A DNA stretch of 64,000 nt from Dehalococcoidia bacterium (GTDB lineage Bacteria > Chloroflexota > Dehalococcoidia > Plut-88900), in the NCBI GenBank assembly GCA_965197585.1, contig OZ240215.1:960001-1024000 (forward strand), in the 5' to 3' direction. Under the pieces are notes generated by a model. That model saw nothing but the letters and a program-made list of their open reading frames with translations. It was not told the origin of the DNA and searched no databases. Position numbers and translations under genes: made by a program. The stretch's first letter is position 1. Each line of letters begins with the position of its first letter. This document shows, one piece after another, positions 59,723 to 64,000 of the stretch.

Positions 59723-59812
59723 AGACTTAATGGGAAGGCCGTTTTTCTCTGCTAGAATTGATGCTTACAGCCTTGTAAACTAACCCACAGATTATTCAGG
59801 AGACACTCACAC

Positions 59813-60967
59813 ATGCGTTTTGCCGCCGTAAGCACCATGATCGACCCCAAGAAGCGCTACACCCAGGCGCAGCTTTTGGACACGCTGCGTGAGCAGGTGG
59901 TTGTGGCGGAGGATATGGGGTTTGAGGCGTACTGGCTTGGGGAGCACCACTTCGGGCCGCACGGGATGGGGAACGTACCTAACCCGATATTGGTCGGGGC
60001 CGACCTGGCAGCCCGTACAAAGCGGATCAGGATTGGACAGCTGGCGAACATCGCCGTCTGGTGGCACCCGCTAAGACTGGCCGAGGACCTGGCCGTTCTC
60101 GATAACCTTACCAAGGGTCGAATAGAGGTCGGTTTCGGGCGGGGAATCTGGCCTTACGAGGGCCCCCAGTTCCACCCCAACGCCGACCCCCGCAAGGGTG
60201 ACGAGAATCGGGAGCTTTTTAAAGAGGTAATCGACGTCGTCAAGAAGGCCTGGACTGAGGATTTCTTCTCCCACAAGGGCCCGAACTTCCAGTTTCCGGC
60301 GGACGACACTAGCTTCTCTCACCCGAAATTTGCGCCAAACCCCGAATGGCAGGATGGAAACCGGGTCCTCAAGCTCAACGTGACGCCGAAGCCGTACCAG
60401 AAGCCTCACCCGCCTCTCTGGATGACCGTATCGACTGACAGGTCCGTAGCCTTTGCAGCGAAGCTGGGGCTGAAGCCCTGCTACTGGCAGCCGCCGCCAC
60501 TGCGCCTGCGGGAGAGATTCAAGCTGTATGCGGAGATGCGCTCGGAGATTGAGGGTCGGCCGTTCAGGATGGGAGAAAACCAGGCGGTGATGAGGCACAC
60601 CTTCGTGGCCAAGGATGCGGAGGAGGCTCGACGCGTCGCCGGAGAAGGGATCATGTTCAGCTTCACCTACAACGACCCGTTCCGCGGGCTGCAGGTGTTT
60701 ATGAACCCCGGCGAAGAGGTAACCCCGGACATGAAGATGGACTGGGACTTCCTGAGTAGCCGACACTTGCTTGTCGGGAGCCCGGACGAGGTAGCCGAGA
60801 AGATCCACGAGCTCCAGGAGGTCTGCGGGCTGGAATACCTGGTTGTTAACTACGGTCACGGCTGGCTTCCCAAAGAGGATGCAATGCGAAGTCTTGAGAA
60901 CTTTGCGGCCAAGGTGATGCCCCAGTTCCAGAAGACACCTGACCCAGTGCCGGTCGCCGCGTCCTGA
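59813..60967 (+). CDS. LLM-class flavin-dependent monooxygenase
   Basis: 'WLGEHHF', 'HPLRLAED', 'PKPYQKPHPPLW'. Confidence 0.92.
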   Translation: MRFAAVSTMIDPKKRYTQAQLLDTLREQVVVAEDMGFEAYWLGEHHFGPHGMGNVPNPILVGADLAARTKRIRIGQLANIAVWWHPLRLAEDLAVLDNLTKGRIEVGFGRGIWPYEGPQFHPNADPRKGDENRELFKEVIDVVKKAWTEDFFSHKGPNFQFPADDTSFSHPKFAPNPEWQDGNRVLKLNVTPKPYQKPHPPLWMTVSTDRSVAFAAKLGLKPCYWQPPPLRLRERFKLYAEMRSEIEGRPFRMGENQAVMRHTFVAKDAEEARRVAGEGIMFSFTYNDPFRGLQVFMNPGEEVTPDMKMDWDFLSSRHLLVGSPDEVAEKIHELQEVCGLEYLVVNYGHGWLPKEDAMRSLENFAAKVMPQFQKTPDPVPVAAS

Positions 60968-60983
60968 AAAGCGAAGAATAACC

Positions 60984-62171
60984 ATGACTTTAAACGGAAT
61001 AGCGTCGGTTTTTCAGAAAACTAGGGCCGAGATCGACATCGGCGCGCTGGCGCACAACTACAATTACCTGAAGAGCCGAATCGAAGAAGGCCTCAAGGTG
61101 ATTGCCGTGGTCAAGGCCGACGCATACGGCCACGGCGCCACAACGGTGGCTAGAGCCTTGGAAGGCATGGGTGTCGACGCCCTTGCTGTCGCCACAATCG
61201 ACGAGGCGGTAGCTCTCAGGAAAGAGGGCATCGGGAGTCCGATCATCGTGTTCGGGGGGGCGCTGCCGGGTGAAGAGGCAGCAGCTCTCCACTACGATTT
61301 ATTGCCTGCAGTCCACAGCATCGAGGCCCTCGGCAGGCTTTCTCAGTCGGCTAAGTCACTGGGCATGGAGGCGGGTTATCACCTGAAGGTTGACACTGGG
61401 ATGGGACGTGTCGGGATCGACTACCGGCACCTTGGTATGTTCCTGGACCATGCGATGGAGCTTCCATCGGTGAAACTGGAAGGCGTGCTCACCCATCTCT
61501 CCTCCGCCGACGAGGATTCCAGCGACTACTCCTCGCTGCAGTTAGAGAGGTTCAGGTCGGGTCTAGAGGAGATCTACTCTCGGAATATCGAGGTCGGGAT
61601 GGTGCATGCGGCAAACAGCGCCGGAGTGCTGTTCCACCCGGAGTCGTGGTTCGACGCTGTCCGTCCCGGGGTCGCCCTGTACGGCATCAATCCCAGCTCC
61701 AACTGGCAGGACCCCGAGCTAAGGCCCGTGCTCTCCTTCAAGAGCAGTGTGTCGCTGATCAAGAATGTTCCTGCGGGGAGCCCATTGAGCTATGGCAGGA
61801 CATTCGTCACGGCAAGGGACAGCGTTATCGCCAGCGTGCCCGTGGGGTACGCCGACGGATTGAGCTTTCTGCTGTCGAACCGGGGGTCGGTGATCGTGCG
61901 GGACACGCTGGCGCCGATAGTCGGGCGGATTACGATGGACACGACGCTAGTAGACGTGACGGACGTGCCGGACGTGAGCTTCGGAGACGAGGTTATGTTG
62001 ATCGGGGAAGGAAACTCAGTTTCCATGACCGCGGAGGGAATCGCCGAGACAATAGGGACGATACCCTACGAAGTGCTGTGTAACATAAGCAAGCGGGTGC
62101 CGAGGGTGACGGTGGGGTCGGCGCTTCCAATGCACGACAAGAGCGGGGAAGCGTTGACGATCTCCGGATAG
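60984..62171 (+). CDS. alr: Alanine racemase
   Basis: 'AVVKADAYGHG' PLP-Lys, 'HLKVDTGMGR', 'SYG', 'GYADG', 'TIPYE'. Confidence 0.93.
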   Translation: MTLNGIASVFQKTRAEIDIGALAHNYNYLKSRIEEGLKVIAVVKADAYGHGATTVARALEGMGVDALAVATIDEAVALRKEGIGSPIIVFGGALPGEEAAALHYDLLPAVHSIEALGRLSQSAKSLGMEAGYHLKVDTGMGRVGIDYRHLGMFLDHAMELPSVKLEGVLTHLSSADEDSSDYSSLQLERFRSGLEEIYSRNIEVGMVHAANSAGVLFHPESWFDAVRPGVALYGINPSSNWQDPELRPVLSFKSSVSLIKNVPAGSPLSYGRTFVTARDSVIASVPVGYADGLSFLLSNRGSVIVRDTLAPIVGRITMDTTLVDVTDVPDVSFGDEVMLIGEGNSVSMTAEGIAETIGTIPYEVLCNISKRVPRVTVGSALPMHDKSGEALTISG

Positions 62172-62189
62172 CGGGAAGGAGACAGGAAC

Positions 62190-63347
62190 ATGAGGTTTGC
62201 GGCATTTACTACCGTAGCGGACGCAGCAGGTGAAGCCACAACTGCAGCGGACTTGCTGGACAATCTGAGGGAACAGACCATATTGGCGGAACAGATGGGG
62301 TTCGAGGCAATGTGGCTGGGCGAGCACCACTTCGGACCCTACGAAACTGGCGACATTCCCAACCCCATCCTGCTCGGTGCGGACCTGGCGGCACGGACGT
62401 CGAAGATTCGAATCGGGCAGATGGCGAACATCGCCCCCTGGTGGCACCCGATACGCCTCGCCGAGGATGTAGCGATCCTGGACAACCTGACGCGTGGCAG
62501 GGTGGATGTGGGGTTTGGTCGGGGGATATGGCCGTATGAGGGCCCTCAGTTCCACCCGAACGCCGACCCCAGGAAGGACAAGGAGAACCGCACGCTGTTC
62601 TGGGAGATCATTGAAATCGCCAAGGAGATATGGACAAACGAGTACTTCTCCTACGAGGGTGAGAACTTCACTTTCCCGGCGGCGGAGACTCAGTTCAAGC
62701 ATCCCCTTTACCCGCCTAACGACGTGTGGCTGGATGGGGACAAGGTCACGAAACTCCGGGTTACCCCCAGGCCCTACCAGAAGCCGCACCCACCCCTTTG
62801 GATGACCGTATCCACTGACAGATCTGTGACCACCGCGGCGGAACTGGGTTTGAAGGCCTGCTACTGGCAGCCGCCTGCACTCAGAATCAAGCAGCGCATG
62901 GAGCGATATGCAGAAGTAAGATCGGAGAAGGAAGGACGACAATTCACCTTTGGTGAGCATCAGGCGGTGATGCGCACTACCTACGTGTCGACATCCATGG
63001 AGCAGGCTCGACGCGAGGGAGAAGCCGGAGTGATGTCCGGATTCATCTACAACGACCCCTTCCGCGGACGTGAAGTGTTCGCGAATCCCGAAGAGGAACT
63101 GGAACCCGGCACCAAGATGGACTGGGACTTCCTCGAGCCCCGATCCTTGCTGGTAGGCTCACCGGACGATGTCATAGAGAAACTGCACGAGTTACAGGAA
63201 GTGTGCAAACTGGACTATCTCCTCGTCTCCTATTCCCACTTCGGCATTCCGACTAACAAGGTGCTCAAGAGCCTGGAGCTCTTTGCCACAAAAGTAATGC
63301 CGTGGTTCTCCAAGAAGGAAGCCGAGACCCCGGTGGCCGCATCCTGA
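62190..63347 (+). CDS. LLM-class flavin-dependent monooxygenase, paralog of 59813-60967
   Basis: Shared 'GRGIWPYEGPQFHPNADPRK', 'CYWQPP', 'YNDPFRG'. Confidence 0.92.
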   Translation: MRFAAFTTVADAAGEATTAADLLDNLREQTILAEQMGFEAMWLGEHHFGPYETGDIPNPILLGADLAARTSKIRIGQMANIAPWWHPIRLAEDVAILDNLTRGRVDVGFGRGIWPYEGPQFHPNADPRKDKENRTLFWEIIEIAKEIWTNEYFSYEGENFTFPAAETQFKHPLYPPNDVWLDGDKVTKLRVTPRPYQKPHPPLWMTVSTDRSVTTAAELGLKACYWQPPALRIKQRMERYAEVRSEKEGRQFTFGEHQAVMRTTYVSTSMEQARREGEAGVMSGFIYNDPFRGREVFANPEEELEPGTKMDWDFLEPRSLLVGSPDDVIEKLHELQEVCKLDYLLVSYSHFGIPTNKVLKSLELFATKVMPWFSKKEAETPVAAS

Positions 63348-63378
63348 CCGTCGGGACTGAAGTCCCGGGAGCCTGAAA

Positions 63379-64000
63379 ATGACATCACAACGCCAACTGA
63401 TAGACTGGCACACCCATACGTGGAAGCCGGAGCACATGACGGCCCAGGCCCGCTCCGACATGAAGGTCCACGGCGTCATAGGTGGGGAAGCTACGCCGGA
63501 AGACCACAAGAAGTCGGTGGTGGATGGAGGGGCGGAGAAGTTCGTCGTGATCAACGCGCCTGTTCGCGCCTACAAGAAGATACCCAACGACTTCATCGCA
63601 GACTACGTGGCGCAGTACCCGGGCCGAGCCGTAGGGTTCGCCTCCGTCGACCCCAATGACCCCACTGCCGCGGAGGAGTTTGAGCGCAGCGTCACCGACC
63701 TTGGATTGCAAGGACTGAAGGTATCGCCGGTGTACCAGGGCTTCGATCCCTGGAGCCCTGAGGCGTGGGAGCTTTACTACCTGGCCAACAAGTACGACGT
63801 TCCGTTGATGTTCCACATGGGCGGCATGTACGACCCCAACGGGACCCTGGAATGGGGCCATGTCTTGAGGCTGGACAAGGTCGGGAGAGCGTTTCCGGAC
63901 CTGCGAATAATCGTTGCCCACTTCGGGCAGCCGAATATGCAGGAAACCGCAATGCTGATGCGGAAAAATAAGAACGTTTTCACTGACCTGTCGGCGAGGT
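63379..64000 (+). CDS. Amidohydrolase_2 family protein (runs off the window; not in the ORF track)
   Basis: Manual translation: MTSQRQLIDWHTH...GLKVSPVYQ...PLMFHMG...FPDLRIIVAHFG. Confidence 0.87.
   Translation, partial: MTSQRQLIDWHTHTWKPEHMTAQARSDMKVHGVIGGEATPEDHKKSVVDGGAEKFVVINAPVRAYKKIPNDFIADYVAQYPGRAVGFASVDPNDPTAAEEFERSVTDLGLQGLKVSPVYQGFDPWSPEAWELYYLANKYDVPLMFHMGGMYDPNGTLEWGHVLRLDKVGRAFPDLRIIVAHFGQPNMQETAMLMRKNKNVFTDLSAR

Overview
GC-rich bacterial chromosome segment. The gene content (paralogous luciferase-like monooxygenases, family III CoA-transferases, acyl-CoA dehydrogenases, Rieske oxygenases, DddP-like M24 enzymes) suggests Chloroflexota/Dehalococcoidia of the SAR202 type; this is inference only. 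Most of the window is catabolic operons, plus ilvD, a csoR-YHS-copA copper module and alr. The main signal is intergenic, where several REP-like palindrome families act as landing sites for mobile DNA. (1) An IS110 element (13568-14700) has a 5' non-coding region that reads as a complete bridge RNA. Its target guides match one REP family and its donor guides match the element's own ends, around a CT core. (2) Three 1056-bp IS481-family copies all abut the same GGAAT of that REP family, and one REP copy carries both IS types 22 bp apart. (3) A 21-22-bp hairpin unit is inserted into three different REP families and into itself, which suggests an undescribed ultra-small mobile unit. Two homologous promoters with SOS-like boxes face unexplained DNA. 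No rRNA, tRNA or CRISPR array was seen.
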